Shown here: positions 1 through 9,811 of the stretch, one piece after another | Layout of the letters: each line of letters opens with the position of its first letter | How positions within the stretch are numbered: position 1 is the first letter of the stretch | Origin: Candidatus Phosphitivorax anaerolimi | GTDB taxonomy: Bacteria > Desulfobacterota > Desulfomonilia > UBA1062 | NCBI GenBank assembly: GCA_001896555.1 | Contig: MPOS01000028.1 | Location: 7,603-71,602, forward strand | Length of the DNA stretch: 64,000 bases | Direction of reading: 5' to 3' | The notes under the pieces: model-generated | Told to the model about the DNA's origin: nothing | Databases searched by the model: none | The model's input: only the letters and a program-made list of their open reading frames with translations | Translations under genes and position numbers: made by a program

Positions 1-502
1 CCTGCGTCACCTTGGGCAGGCCCCAGATCTTTCTGCCCCGGATAGTATTTTCCTTCGAGGTGACCGGCATCCCCGCGATATAGTACCCGAACCGGCTGAA
101 GAAATTGGTGATCATGGGCAGAACAGGGACATTGAAGGCCGGATCGACCATGACCGGGATGGCGATGGCGATCTCGTTGTACGGCCGCACCCCCATGACC
201 TTTTTATACTCGTAGCAGGAGAAGGCCACCAGTGCACGCCCCTTCGGCATTCGTACGGGTACGATCTCAGGGCTCAGCTGCTCTCTCAGCAGGGCCGCGG
301 CTTTCTCATAGGAGCACATGAACACGGCCATGGCGCAGGACACGTCGCCGTAGAATGTTGGGAACAGATAATCCTTGGTCACCCCGCCGATCATTTCCAG
401 AGGCTGCCGCGCCTTGCGCAGGGTGAAGCGCTGATAAAAATCGCCTTGGAATTCGTTTCGATTGTCCAGCATCTCTTCGGGTACATCCCACGTTGCCTTC
501 AT
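1..502 (-). CDS. Acetoacetate decarboxylase-like (ADC family) protein, 5' part only; continues beyond the window start
   Basis: The reverse-complement frame starts at ATG 502..500 with a GGAGG RBS. It reads MKATWDVPEEMLDNRNEFQGDFYQRF...YNEIAIAIPVMVDP...GRKIWGLPKVTQ with no stops to the window edge. The ORF track missed it because no stop lies inside the window. Family assignment is by sequence resemblance only. Confidence 0.45.
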   Translation of the reverse strand, partial: MKATWDVPEEMLDNRNEFQGDFYQRFTLRKARQPLEMIGGVTKDYLFPTFYGDVSCAMAVFMCSYEKAAALLREQLSPEIVPVRMPKGRALVAFSCYEYKKVMGVRPYNEIAIAIPVMVDPAFNVPVLPMITNFFSRFGYYIAGMPVTSKENTIRGRKIWGLPKVTQ

Positions 503-520
503 AGAGCGCCTCCTTTGCTT

Positions 521-537
521 TATGACCGAAGGTCATA
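521..537. promoter_or_regulatory. Palindromic operator-like site TATGACC-GAA-GGTCATA, 19 bp upstream of the ADC-like start codon
   Basis: Perfect 7-bp inverted half-sites with a 3-bp spacer, read directly. The same half-sites recur at 605..621. Confidence 0.5.
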
Positions 538-604
538 ATAATTGTGACAAGCACCCTCCTTCCATGTGTACGCCGGGAAGTGTGCCTGTTGGCCCAGTCA
601 ATAA

Positions 605-621
605 TATGACCATCGGTCATA
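605..621. promoter_or_regulatory. Second copy of palindrome TATGACC-ATC-GGTCATA, lying between the TetR stop and the ADC-like start
   Basis: Same 7-bp half-sites as 521..537, centres 84 bp apart. TetR-family dimers typically bind palindromes of 15-17 bp. Confidence 0.5.
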
Positions 622-636
622 AATAGCAAGCAAAAA

Positions 637-1230
637 TCAGTCGCAGCTGAAAAAACGCTTCAGGAGATCGCTCAGCATATTTTTCGCCTCCTGGGGAGAA
701 GAGAAGTGTTCTTCAATCAGGGCCTTGTAGCAGACATCCAGGATAATCCCCAGGACAACCTTGGTATAGAGCTCGAAGTCGTTGATCTGATAGTCTTCGT
801 ACTGATTCAGATAATTAAGGATGATCTCGGAAAAGCCTTGGATGGTCCGGCGCGTCGAGGGGTATATCCTGCCGCTGTGGAGGTTCTTCCGCAGCTCGAC
901 GAGCAGCATTCTGTTTCGGGAAAAATAGTCGATGATTGCCTCAGAGAGGATGATGATCTTGGGTACGTTCTGGAAGGGGATGATGACCTGGTCGAGGAAT
1001 TCTCTCGTGTACCGGCTGATGATGGTGTCCACGAGATCGTCCTTATCTTTGAAATACAGGTAGAACGTTCCCTTGGCGATCCCCGCCTTTTTCACGATCT
1101 CGCTGATCGTTGTTTTTTCCACACCGTTGGTTCGGAACAGACCGGCCGCACACTCTTCGATCGTATCGCGCGAAGTGGTCTTATCCCTTCCGCGGGCGCC
1201 CTTGGGTTTGCCGCCCTTGAGTTTTCTCAT
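637..1230 (-). CDS. TetR/AcrR family transcriptional regulator
   Basis: 197 aa. The N-terminal HTH (TISEIVKKAGIAKGTFYLYFKDKDDL) is a typical TetR_N domain. Confidence 0.85.
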   Translation of the reverse strand: MRKLKGGKPKGARGRDKTTSRDTIEECAAGLFRTNGVEKTTISEIVKKAGIAKGTFYLYFKDKDDLVDTIISRYTREFLDQVIIPFQNVPKIIILSEAIIDYFSRNRMLLVELRKNLHSGRIYPSTRRTIQGFSEIILNYLNQYEDYQINDFELYTKVVLGIILDVCYKALIEEHFSSPQEAKNMLSDLLKRFFSCD

Positions 1231-1337
1231 GCCTGGCTCAACACCTTCCCTGTTGATGTCTTTGTATTGCTTAGCACACTTTGCTCTCCGAATGAAGACG
1301 ACAAGGCCGACATGAGGGAGAAAGGAGATGGTAACGT

Positions 1338-1403
1338 CCTTAACTTATTAACTTCTTCTGCTCATACCCTTCTGAAGGTAGCGGGAAAATTCATAAGTTA
1401 AGG
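1338..1403. repeat. 11-bp perfect inverted repeat CCTTAACTTAT ... ATAAGTTAAGG with about 44 bp between arms
   Basis: Read directly in the intergenic region upstream of the TetR start and the secreted-protein gene. It also contains the tandem TAACTT-AT-TAACTT. Confidence 0.4.
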
Positions 1404-1538
1404 GCGTCCGCCTTGGTTTTTTATATATGTTATTTTCGCAACATCCATGCCGAACAATAATGAACCCATCCCCGAATAGGCTTAAAGGCAGGATATGATT
1501 GCCAGGATAGAAGGATTGGTGTATAAGGAGGAGATCAA

Positions 1539-2351
1539 ATGCATCTGTGGACGTGCGTTGTGAAGGGGATACGTGTTTTTTTGTTATGCGTCATGTCGGC
1601 GGTCATTCTGGGGGCGGCCTTTCCGTGCAGCTCTGCCGAGCTGGGGGGGTATACCTTTGACGACGACAGCATCGATCTGTATCTGAACCCTTATTTCAGC
1701 GACCACAGCAGGCCCGGGGACTTCATTACTACCCTGTACGGGTATGGGGACTTCGCCGGGCATGAAGTCATCCAGAGCCACCACCAGTATTACGAGCTTG
1801 ACGGCATATCCTGCAACGTGATCCTCGAGCGGGGATATTTTCCCGACTTTTCCCGGGGTTATGCCGATATGATCTACTACACGGCATATCACTACTATGC
1901 CAAGGACGCGGAAGACAACATTCATCTCCTTAAGTACCACTTCATCCCCCATGAGGGGCAAGGAGCGTCCTGGAGCTATGAAGACCTGCCAGAGGGCGCC
2001 ACGACCGTGAAATACCCCGCCGATCCCCAGCCGGGCCAGGAGGTGGTCTTCGGAACAGTCACAGCCACCGGCGTATCGGTCGGCGATATCCGCGGGTGCA
2101 CCACCATCGTGTTCGACTCCCTGCCCCATGCTCCTACAGGGAGCATCACCGAATACCTGGTGCCCGGCTCCGGGATCCTGGCGAGCTCGTTCAACTGGAA
2201 GGGCGGCATCAACGGCTTTTCCAAAGACGCAAGCGCCCCCGAATTCGCAGAAGAAGAAAACAGCGCATGGAAGGAGTGGTGGGACGACCACTGCTTCATC
2301 TCCGCGTGCTCGCCCCGGCATACCCGGCAGTGCACAATACCACAGCGGTAA
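1539..2351 (+). CDS. Hypothetical secreted protein, no recognisable domain
   Basis: 270 aa with a hydrophobic N-terminal signal-like segment (VFLLCVMSAVILGAAFP). Aromatic/Gly-rich, no motif recognised. Confidence 0.45.
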   Translation: MHLWTCVVKGIRVFLLCVMSAVILGAAFPCSSAELGGYTFDDDSIDLYLNPYFSDHSRPGDFITTLYGYGDFAGHEVIQSHHQYYELDGISCNVILERGYFPDFSRGYADMIYYTAYHYYAKDAEDNIHLLKYHFIPHEGQGASWSYEDLPEGATTVKYPADPQPGQEVVFGTVTATGVSVGDIRGCTTIVFDSLPHAPTGSITEYLVPGSGILASSFNWKGGINGFSKDASAPEFAEEENSAWKEWWDDHCFISACSPRHTRQCTIPQR

Positions 2352-2661
2352 TCAGTCGTGGGACCCATCCAAGGGCGATGGGCTGCATGGGATCCACCCT
2401 GACGGGAATCCGATAAACTCCTTGACTTTCTTCATGGATTCTTTATGGAATAATTGTAAGAAATGTTAATTACGAGATGCCTCTTGAAAAGGAATCGAGA
2501 GGTGTCGGCTTGCAATGAATTGCCCCTTAGGCTAGCGTAGGGGGTATTGAGTTCCGCAGGTTGAATAGTCCTTTTTTCAGCAAGCGAAAAGGGGTATTGG
2601 ACACCAAGAAAGAATGAATCGTTCCGAGGACTGAGATTACTACGGGCAAGGCAGGTGCACG

Positions 2662-3117
2662 ATGATCGCATACCAATTGACCATACCGACGGAGAACACC
2701 CCGGGCAAGCTTGCCAGGGTGTCCGGCATCCTCGCCAGGGAAAAGATCAATATCAGGGCCGTCACCATATCGTCATATGGTGATAGGGGCTTTTTCAACA
2801 TCCTGGTTGACGACCCCAAGCCGGCCCAGAAGGCCCTGACCCGGGAGGGCATCGATGCCCGGCTCAAAGAGGTGATCGCCGTGCTCATCGAAGACAGGCC
2901 GGGCGGGATGGACAAGCTCGTCCAGATCCTGGCCGGAGAGGGCATCAATATCGAGAATGCCTATGGGTTTGTGCTCGAGAGCAAAAAGACCGCCGTGTTC
3001 GTGGTCGATGTGTCCGATCTGGACAAGACAGAGAAGGTGCTCAAGGAGCACAAGTTCCAAACCCTGACGACCGAGGCCCTGGCCGCTATCGAGCCGTTCC
3101 ACTACATGAAATACTAA
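2662..3117 (+). CDS. Stand-alone tandem ACT-domain protein
   Basis: 151 aa. Two ACT-like beta-alpha-beta-beta-alpha-beta units (GKLARVSGILAREKINIRAV ... GGMDKLVQILAGEGINIENA). Confidence 0.65.
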   Translation: MIAYQLTIPTENTPGKLARVSGILAREKINIRAVTISSYGDRGFFNILVDDPKPAQKALTREGIDARLKEVIAVLIEDRPGGMDKLVQILAGEGINIENAYGFVLESKKTAVFVVDVSDLDKTEKVLKEHKFQTLTTEALAAIEPFHYMKY

Positions 3118-3404
3118 AAAATCCGCTCGATGAACGGCGTGAATCACGGGTGCCAGGCGAATTCCGGCGCCGGCCCTTCCCCGGGTCGCAGCGGCCGAGC
3201 CCTCCATATCCTCCGTGCAGGCCGCGCCGGACAAGGCTGTTCCTCTTTGCAGCGTCTTTCCCTCCCGCTTTGTTCCCGATCTCACCACTGGCTGCCTCGC
3301 TGCAGGCAGCAAGACATCCAGAGACTTTCCGGCATGAGGGCGCCTTGTTAGGCAGACACTGGGAGAGCCATACCCATGGGGGTCCGGAGGATGGGTGCTC
3401 CGGC

Positions 3405-4706
3405 CTACCTGAGCAGACTCGGAAGGAAGGTCGCGATCTGGGGGAAGGGGATCAGGAGGAAGGTGAGGAGGACGATCGCGAGCAGCAGGGGCACGACCCC
3501 CCTGAAGATCACCCCCAGCGGCACGTCCCTGGCCACCCCGCTCACCACATAGACATTCACGCCCACCGGCGGGGTGATGACCCCGATCTGGGTGACGAGC
3601 ACGATCACCACGCCGAACCAGATGGGGTTGAACCCGTAGTCGAGCACCACGGGGTAGAAGATCGGGATGGTGAGCATGATCAGCGCCAGCGAGTCGATGA
3701 AGCACCCGCCCAGCAAGTAGATCAGCACGATAAAACTCATGATGATCGCCGGATGGAGCTGAAACGACGAGATCCAGCTCGCGATGTCGTAGGGGATGCG
3801 CGAGACGGCCAGGAAATGGCCGAACACCGTGGCGCCAGCCACGATGATCAGGATCATGGCGCTGATCCGCGTGGTCTCGAACAGTGCCTGGACGAATCCA
3901 TCCCAGGTGATGTTGCGCTGAATGAGGGCGACCACCAGCGTGGCAAAGGCCCCGGCGGCCCCGGCCTCGGTGGGCGTGAAGATGCCCAGAAAGAGCCCGC
4001 CCATCACGACAACGAAGATGATAAGCGTCTCAATGGTGCCCGGGAGGGACGCGGCCCGCTCTTTCCAGGTGCTCTTCGGACCCTTTGGTCCGATCTCTGG
4101 CCTGAGTGTGGCCCAGATGAGAATGGTGCCCACAAAGAACAGGGTGAGCAGGACGCCTGGAAGGATGCCCGCGAGAAAGAGCTCGCCGATGGACTGCTCG
4201 GTGAGGATCCCATACACGATGAAGATCACGCTCGGCGGGATCAGGATGCCGAGGCTTCCCCCCGCTGCAACCACGCCGGTGGCCAGCTCGGGTTTGTAGT
4301 TGTACCTCTTCATCTCGGGCAGGGTGGCCGCGGCCATGGTGGCGGCGGTTGCGTTGGTGGAGCCGCAGATGGCGGAAAAGGCGGCGCAGGCCCCCACGGT
4401 GGCGATGGCGAGCCCGCCTGGGAGATGGCCGATGAAGGTGTAGGCCGTGTCGAACAGGCGCTTGGAGATCCCGGAGTGAAAGGCGATCTGCCCCATGAGC
4501 ACGAACAGGGGAATAACCGTGAGGTTATAGGAGCCGAACACGGAGAACATGTCCTTGGCCAGCAGGTTCAGCGACGCGTCCATCGAGACGATGGAGGCAA
4601 AGCCCAGAAAACCGATGATGGCCATGAGAAAGCCCACGGGCATCCGGGAAAAGATGAGCACGAACAGGGCGATGATGCCGATGATGCCGATTATGGTGGG
4701 GCTCAT
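3405..4706 (-). CDS. dctM: TRAP transporter large permease subunit (DctM family)
   Basis: 433 aa polytopic membrane protein of typical DctM composition and length. Its start overlaps the dctQ stop. Confidence 0.85.
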   Translation of the reverse strand: MSPTIIGIIGIIALFVLIFSRMPVGFLMAIIGFLGFASIVSMDASLNLLAKDMFSVFGSYNLTVIPLFVLMGQIAFHSGISKRLFDTAYTFIGHLPGGLAIATVGACAAFSAICGSTNATAATMAAATLPEMKRYNYKPELATGVVAAGGSLGILIPPSVIFIVYGILTEQSIGELFLAGILPGVLLTLFFVGTILIWATLRPEIGPKGPKSTWKERAASLPGTIETLIIFVVVMGGLFLGIFTPTEAGAAGAFATLVVALIQRNITWDGFVQALFETTRISAMILIIVAGATVFGHFLAVSRIPYDIASWISSFQLHPAIIMSFIVLIYLLGGCFIDSLALIMLTIPIFYPVVLDYGFNPIWFGVVIVLVTQIGVITPPVGVNVYVVSGVARDVPLGVIFRGVVPLLLAIVLLTFLLIPFPQIATFLPSLLR

Positions 4707-5200
4707 TCGACCTCAGCCCCTTTCAGCTGCCTAAAAAACTCGACGAAGAGCACCACTACCAGCATGGCGGTGCCGAACGCCACCCCGTAGACAAACGGAT
4801 AGGTGGGCATCTGCAGCGTTGCCGACACCTCGCCCGAGCGCTGGAGGCTCTGGGCATACTCGACGCTCTGCCATGAAACCACGGCGAAAAAGATCATGGC
4901 GATAAAGGCATTGACGGCGTTTACAATGATCCGGACGGTCCAGGGAAGCCGCATCACGAGAAAGTCAACAGCGATATGTCCCTTCTGGACCGAGGTGTAG
5001 GGAAGCGCGAACGAGATGATGACCGCGCCCGTGAAGCTGACGATCTCGTAGGTCCCGGGGATGGGGCTCTTGAAAAATCGCAGGATGACATCCGCGGTGG
5101 TGAGGAACATCATGAAGGCAACCCCTGCGGCGGACAACCAGTTCAACTTGTCTGCAAGGTTTGCCACGAATCTCTCGATGCGCAGAAAGGATATCATCAA
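4703..5200 (-). CDS. dctQ: TRAP transporter small permease subunit (DctQ family)
   Basis: 165 aa, 4 TM segments, translationally coupled to dctM by an ATGA overlap. Confidence 0.8.
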   Translation of the reverse strand: MMISFLRIERFVANLADKLNWLSAAGVAFMMFLTTADVILRFFKSPIPGTYEIVSFTGAVIISFALPYTSVQKGHIAVDFLVMRLPWTVRIIVNAVNAFIAMIFFAVVSWQSVEYAQSLQRSGEVSATLQMPTYPFVYGVAFGTAMLVVVLFVEFFRQLKGAEVE

Positions 5201-5272
5201 AATCTCCCCATGAAAACCCGGGGCAGCGCTCTCTCGAACGGGCCGCCCCGGGCATAGCCGATGAAATGCCCT

Positions 5273-6349
5273 TTACTCGATGTTTTTCTCCACGCACGCC
5301 TGCAGGATCGAGATGTTCTTCGCGGCATCGATGCCCTTTGCCTGCGCGGCGGCGATATATTCGTCGATCACGGGCTTGACAGCAGCCTTCCACCGAGGGA
5401 TCTCGTCTTCGGGCAGGGTGATGAATGTGTTCTTCTGCTCCTCATTGAAGGCTGTACCCTCTGCGTCGGCTTCGTCCCAGATCTGCCCGTGCACCGTGAT
5501 ATACTCGGCGCTCACATCCGTAAAGACCTGCTGGATATCAGCCGGCAGCCTGTTCCACTTGTCCTTGTTCATGACCACGAACATCGCCGTAGTGTAGCCG
5601 ACGCCCCGGCAGTCGATGGTGTAGTCGATGACCTCGGCCTGCTTCCAGCCCTTGAGCGTTTCAATAGGTGCGAAGGTCCCCTCAACCACGCCCTTCTGAA
5701 GGGCCTCGTAAGTGCCGGGCTGCGGCATAGCCACCGGCACGCCTCCAAGGGCCTCTACGAGCTTGGCGCTCAGGCCCGTGGAGCGGATCTTCATCCCCTT
5801 GAGGTCTTCGAGCCTGTTCACCGGTTTCTTGGTGTGCAGCAGGCCCGGGCCATGCGCATGGACATAGAGCACATGGACGTCATCGAGCTCCTTGGGTTTG
5901 ACCTGGGCATAATACTCGTTCGCCACACGGGTCGCCGCCATGCCGCTGGGATAGCCCATGGGCAGGTCCACGGCCTCCATGACCGGGAAACGGCCCCGGG
6001 TGTAGGCGAAGCATGACATCCCGATATCCGAGATCCCTCGCACCACGCCGTCATAGCATTCGTTCGCGCTGGTGAGCGTGCCGCCCGGGAACACGTTGAT
6101 CTTCACCTGCCCCTGGGTGCGCTTTTCGATCTCACGCGCCCATGCCTCACCGGTCTTGCACTGGGCATGGGTGGGCGGGAAAAAGATACTGTAGGACAGC
6201 TCCACCACCTCGCCCCTGGGCGCAGCACCACTATCGGTCACTACAGCCCCCTCTGCGGGCACTGTCTCCTCCTCAGCCTTCTTGGTACACGAAATGCAAA
6301 GCATCAGTACAAGAAGGCCACAAACCAAACTACAGATGGTTCTTTTCAT
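5273..6349 (-). CDS. dctP: TRAP transporter solute-binding protein (DctP family); probable lipoprotein
   Basis: Start moved to [21 protein letters not shown] (ATG at 6349, AGGGGGAG RBS). The periplasmic-binding-protein body matches the DctP family, directly upstream of dctQM. Confidence 0.8.
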   Translation of the reverse strand: MKRTICSLVCGLLVLMLCISCTKKAEEETVPAEGAVVTDSGAAPRGEVVELSYSIFFPPTHAQCKTGEAWAREIEKRTQGQVKINVFPGGTLTSANECYDGVVRGISDIGMSCFAYTRGRFPVMEAVDLPMGYPSGMAATRVANEYYAQVKPKELDDVHVLYVHAHGPGLLHTKKPVNRLEDLKGMKIRSTGLSAKLVEALGGVPVAMPQPGTYEALQKGVVEGTFAPIETLKGWKQAEVIDYTIDCRGVGYTTAMFVVMNKDKWNRLPADIQQVFTDVSAEYITVHGQIWDEADAEGTAFNEEQKNTFITLPEDEIPRWKAAVKPVIDEYIAAAQAKGIDAAKNISILQACVEKNIE

Positions 6350-6888
6350 GGAATCTCCCCCTTTGTGTTCCCTTGATAAAGCCGCCATTCGCAAACCCTG
6401 TATGGTGTCAAATCAGCGTCCTGGACAACGCAAGACCACATGCGTTGCCCTTCTTCAGGGAAGAGCCCATATTTTAGTAGGATCATGATGAAAATCAAGG
6501 AAATTATTCCCCGGCCGCACAGGGCACGGTTTGCTGTTGTCTCATGCGTATCCGTACAGATACCTGGGCGGAGGCATCCTTTGAATAACGTCATGACCTG
6601 CTGCGGGCGGAACCTGCAGGCTATATCCGCATGGAGACAGACACCGCGTTCAACCTGCGCGCCCATGCAGACACCTCCAGGTGCGGGAGACATACCGGTG
6701 CTGCATGGCGAGAGGGCATAAGCTGGGCATTGCAGGGAGGCTGCGTGCGTCTCGCGGCACGGGTGAGATGCGGGTGTCCTGCCTGCAAGTCTTGTGTGGT
6801 AGATATACGATACATTGGCGGGTCCGGGATGGTCCATACGGCACGCAGGCGCAGACGGCTGTTTTCCGGGGAGGTCCGTTTGCGGTTC

Positions 6889-7293
6889 TCAGGCCTCGAA
6901 ATCAGCGCCGCACGAGTCGCATTTTTCGCTGTCAGGCCACACCAGGTTTCCGCATGCGGAGCAGAGATGCACTGTGCCCGCCTGCGTGCCCGAAACCGCG
7001 CCCTTCACGGGCAGACCGAGGAGCTTCTTGAGCAGGATGATGATCTCGGAGAGCGCCCCGAAGAGCAGAAAGAGCACGCCGCCCGCCAAGGCGCATACGA
7101 GCCCGGTTGCGAGCCACAGAAAGGAGCCTGTCGCAATGGCAGCCGCAACGCCGGCAAGGCAGGCAATGATCCCGGCTGCGAGGAACGACCGGGATGCCAC
7201 CAGCAGCCCGCGCTCTTTGCCCTGGGTATCCCGGTAATGCTTCTGAACGATCTGCGCCTTCACGTATTCTTCACCAAGGTTCACGGCAGCCAT
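6889..7293 (-). CDS. Small membrane protein with C-terminal zinc-ribbon (CxxC-x13-CxxC)
   Basis: Two TM helices followed by CSACGNLVWPDSEKCDSCGADFEA. The start at MAAVNLGEEY (GGAGAG RBS) is preferred over the track's upstream start. Confidence 0.45.
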   Translation of the reverse strand: MAAVNLGEEYVKAQIVQKHYRDTQGKERGLLVASRSFLAAGIIACLAGVAAAIATGSFLWLATGLVCALAGGVLFLLFGALSEIIILLKKLLGLPVKGAVSGTQAGTVHLCSACGNLVWPDSEKCDSCGADFEA

Positions 7294-7473
7294 GCCCCCC
7301 GTTGCTCTCCCCGGCACGCACACGCCGGATCTCCTTGTTCAGGAGATGAAGATAAGCAAGCGGCTATTTGAAGCGATGTCCGAAAGGTGTCGCCTCCATA
7401 AACGCATCTTGAACGATGCACCCTCAGCGAAACAGATTCAAAACATCTTCGATGTCGGGGGGGCCTGCTCTCT

Positions 7474-7905
7474 TCAGAGGCCGTAGACCTGCTCGCCCTT
7501 GAGCACCTTAAACCCGTTTTGCTGCAGGGCCTCGATGGCCTCGTCCGTGGAGTCGAACCGGAAGATGATCACCGCGTTCTCGCCGCTGCGCTCGACAAAG
7601 GCATACATGTACTCGACATTGATCCCCCTGCTGGTGAGCAGCTCGAGAATGCTGTTGAGCCCGCCCGGCCTATCGGGGACCTCAACGGCCACCACGTGCG
7701 TCTTGCCCACGGCAAAGCCCTGTTCGTTCAGCACATCCTTTGCCTTTGCCACATCGTCCACAATGAGCCTCAGAATGCCGAAATCCGACGTGTCGGCAAG
7801 GGAAAGGGCCCGGATGTTGATCTTTGCATCGCTCAGGGCCTTGGTGACGCTGGAAAGCCCTCCCGGCTTGTTCTCCAGAAAAATCGATATCTGCTCTACC
7901 TTCAT
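7474..7905 (-). CDS. ACT-domain protein, terminal gene of the iorAB-paaK operon
   Basis: Start at [17 protein letters not shown] (ATG 7905, AGGAGG RBS). Two ACT units. Only a 10-bp gap after paaK. Confidence 0.7.
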   Translation of the reverse strand: MKVEQISIFLENKPGGLSSVTKALSDAKINIRALSLADTSDFGILRLIVDDVAKAKDVLNEQGFAVGKTHVVAVEVPDRPGGLNSILELLTSRGINVEYMYAFVERSGENAVIIFRFDSTDEAIEALQQNGFKVLKGEQVYGL

Positions 7906-7915
7906 CAAAGACCTC

Positions 7916-9217
7916 CTAGATATTCCGCTTGTCGAGCACCCGCTGAGCCTTGCCCTCAAACCGCTGGAGGGTGTTCGGCTCAACCAGCTTCACCTTGGCG
8001 GTCACGCCAAGATAGTCCTTGATATCCTTTGTAATGCGTTTCTCCATGTTCTGCAACTCGCGAATTTCATCCGAGAAGATCTTTTCGCTCACCTCGACCT
8101 GAACCTCCAGGGTGTCCAGGGAGCCGTCCCGGTCGACAATGAGCAGGTAGTGCGGCTCCAGGCCGTCGATGCCCAGGAGTACGCTCTCGATCTGAGAGGG
8201 GAACACATTGACGCCCCTGATGATGAGCATGTCGTCGCTCCTGCCCGAGACCCGCTCCATGCGCACGAAGGTCCTCCCACACTTGCAGACCTGCGGCATG
8301 AGCCTCGAGATGTCCTTGGTGCGGTAGCGGATGAGCGGGAAGGCCTCCTTGGTCAGCGTGGTGAACACCAGCTCGCCGGGTGTGCCCCAGGGGAGCACCT
8401 CGCCGGTGGCGGGGTCGATGGTTTCCACGATGAAGTGGTCCTCGTTGATGTGCAGGCCGTTGCGGCCCTCGATGCACTCCATGGCTACGCCGGGGCCCAT
8501 GATCTCAGAGAGGCCGTAGATGTCCAGCGCGGTGATATCCAGCTCGCGCTCGATCTGCTCGCGCATCCGCTCGCTCCAGGGCTCGGCCCCGAGGATGCCG
8601 ACCCTGAGCCTCAGAGACTTCATATCCACACCCATCTCCTTTCCAGACTCGGCCAGGAAGAGCAGGTACGAGGGCGTGCAGCAGATGGCGGTTGGTCCGA
8701 AGTCCTGCAGCAGCATGATCTGTTTCTTGGTGCTGCCGCCCGACATGGGGATCACGCTCGCGCCCAGTTTTTCGGCGCCGTAGTGTGCTCCCAGGCCTCC
8801 GGTGAACAGTCCGTAGCCGTAGGCGTTGTGGATGATGTCGTTCTTGCTGAGGCCGGCCGATACGAACGACCGGGCCATGAGCGTGGCCCAGGTCTCGACG
8901 TCGCGCTGGGTGTAGCCCACCACTGTGGGCTTGCCCGTGGTGCCCGACGAGGCGTGCAGACGCACGATGCTGCTCATGGGCACCGAGAACAGGCCGAAGG
9001 GGTAGTTGTCGCGCAGGTCCTGCTTGCAGGTGAAGGGAAGCCGCTTGAGGTCGTCGAGACTCCGGATGTCATCCGGGGTGACCCCGGCGTTGTCGAAGGA
9101 CTTCCGGTAGAAACCCACCGTATGATAGACCCTGCCCACCACCTGCTGCAGCCGTTTGAGCTGCAGGGCCTCGATGGCCTCGCGGGGGAGTGTTTCGAAC
9201 TCTTCGTTATAAATCAT
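7916..9217 (-). CDS. paaK: Phenylacetate-CoA ligase (PaaK family; aryl-acetate adenylating enzyme)
   Basis: 433 aa. AMP-binding motif SSGTTGKPT, the PaaK-type N-terminus [24 protein letters not shown], and the C-terminal domain all match. Confidence 0.85.
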   Translation of the reverse strand: MIYNEEFETLPREAIEALQLKRLQQVVGRVYHTVGFYRKSFDNAGVTPDDIRSLDDLKRLPFTCKQDLRDNYPFGLFSVPMSSIVRLHASSGTTGKPTVVGYTQRDVETWATLMARSFVSAGLSKNDIIHNAYGYGLFTGGLGAHYGAEKLGASVIPMSGGSTKKQIMLLQDFGPTAICCTPSYLLFLAESGKEMGVDMKSLRLRVGILGAEPWSERMREQIERELDITALDIYGLSEIMGPGVAMECIEGRNGLHINEDHFIVETIDPATGEVLPWGTPGELVFTTLTKEAFPLIRYRTKDISRLMPQVCKCGRTFVRMERVSGRSDDMLIIRGVNVFPSQIESVLLGIDGLEPHYLLIVDRDGSLDTLEVQVEVSEKIFSDEIRELQNMEKRITKDIKDYLGVTAKVKLVEPNTLQRFEGKAQRVLDKRNI

Positions 9218-9241
9218 CTGCTACCTCCTTGATGGTCAGCA

Positions 9242-9811
9242 TCATTGGATCTGGATCTGCCTGCCTCTTTTGAATCCTTCGATGTTCGCGGCCCGGATCT
9301 TCTCCTTGAGCATCGAATTGATGGCATCATACCACGCCGATTCGGGCGGGTCCAGCAGGGTGGAAAGTACGCCCAGCAGGATGATATTCACGCCCCTGGC
9401 ATTGCCCATCTCCTCGGCGATGGCCGAGCCCGGGACCAGGTGAATGTTCCGGGTTTTCTCCCTGAGGAAAGGGATCACGTCCGGGTACGCCCGGCTGCCG
9501 GACACGACCGCAGGCGGTGCGAGACGATACTGGTTGATGATCACCGTGGCGTCCTTCTTGAGATACTTGAGGTATCTGGCCGCCTCCAGCTCCTCGAACG
9601 AGAGCAGGATGTCACAGCAGCCATAGGGGATGAGGGGGGAATCCACATGCCCGGCAAACCGCACGTGGGACATGACACTCCCGCCCCGCTGGGCCATGCC
9701 GTGGATCTCCGATTTCTTCACGTCGTAGCCCGAGCGCATCATTACCTCGGAAAGCATGTCGGAAGCCAGGATGATCCCCTGCCCCCCGACTCCGGTCATC
9801 AGCACGTTCAT
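9242..9811 (-). CDS. iorB: Indolepyruvate:ferredoxin oxidoreductase beta subunit (gamma-domain protein)
   Basis: 189 aa beginning MNVLMTGVGGQGIILASDML (the pyruvate/ketoisovalerate oxidoreductase gamma motif). Overlaps the iorA stop. Confidence 0.85.
   Translation of the reverse strand: MNVLMTGVGGQGIILASDMLSEVMMRSGYDVKKSEIHGMAQRGGSVMSHVRFAGHVDSPLIPYGCCDILLSFEELEAARYLKYLKKDATVIINQYRLAPPAVVSGSRAYPDVIPFLREKTRNIHLVPGSAIAEEMGNARGVNIILLGVLSTLLDPPESAWYDAINSMLKEKIRAANIEGFKRGRQIQIQ

Noticed and set aside
306-629. 107-aa minus-strand ORF from the track at the window start
   Set aside because: It is in a different frame from the much better ADC-like reading frame (ATG 502, GGAGG RBS, open to the window edge). 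Its own translation is Arg-rich with no motifs, and it would run across the palindromic operator sites.
706-1401. Long antisense ORFs overlapping confident genes (for example 706..1401, 1584..2321, 2773..3705, 3150..4790, 7499..9232, 24098..26092, 36682..38061, 41306..42673, 43430..44056)
   Set aside because: They are typical of GC-rich DNA. Their translations are Arg/Pro/Gly/Asp-rich and low-complexity, with no motifs. Each lies opposite a CDS with strong domain evidence.
6395-6500. Sigma-54 (TGGCAC-N5-TTGC) promoter for the TRAP operon
   Set aside because: I scanned the complement strand for GC/GG elements with 10-nt spacing. The closest candidates have the wrong spacing, so no call can be made by eye.
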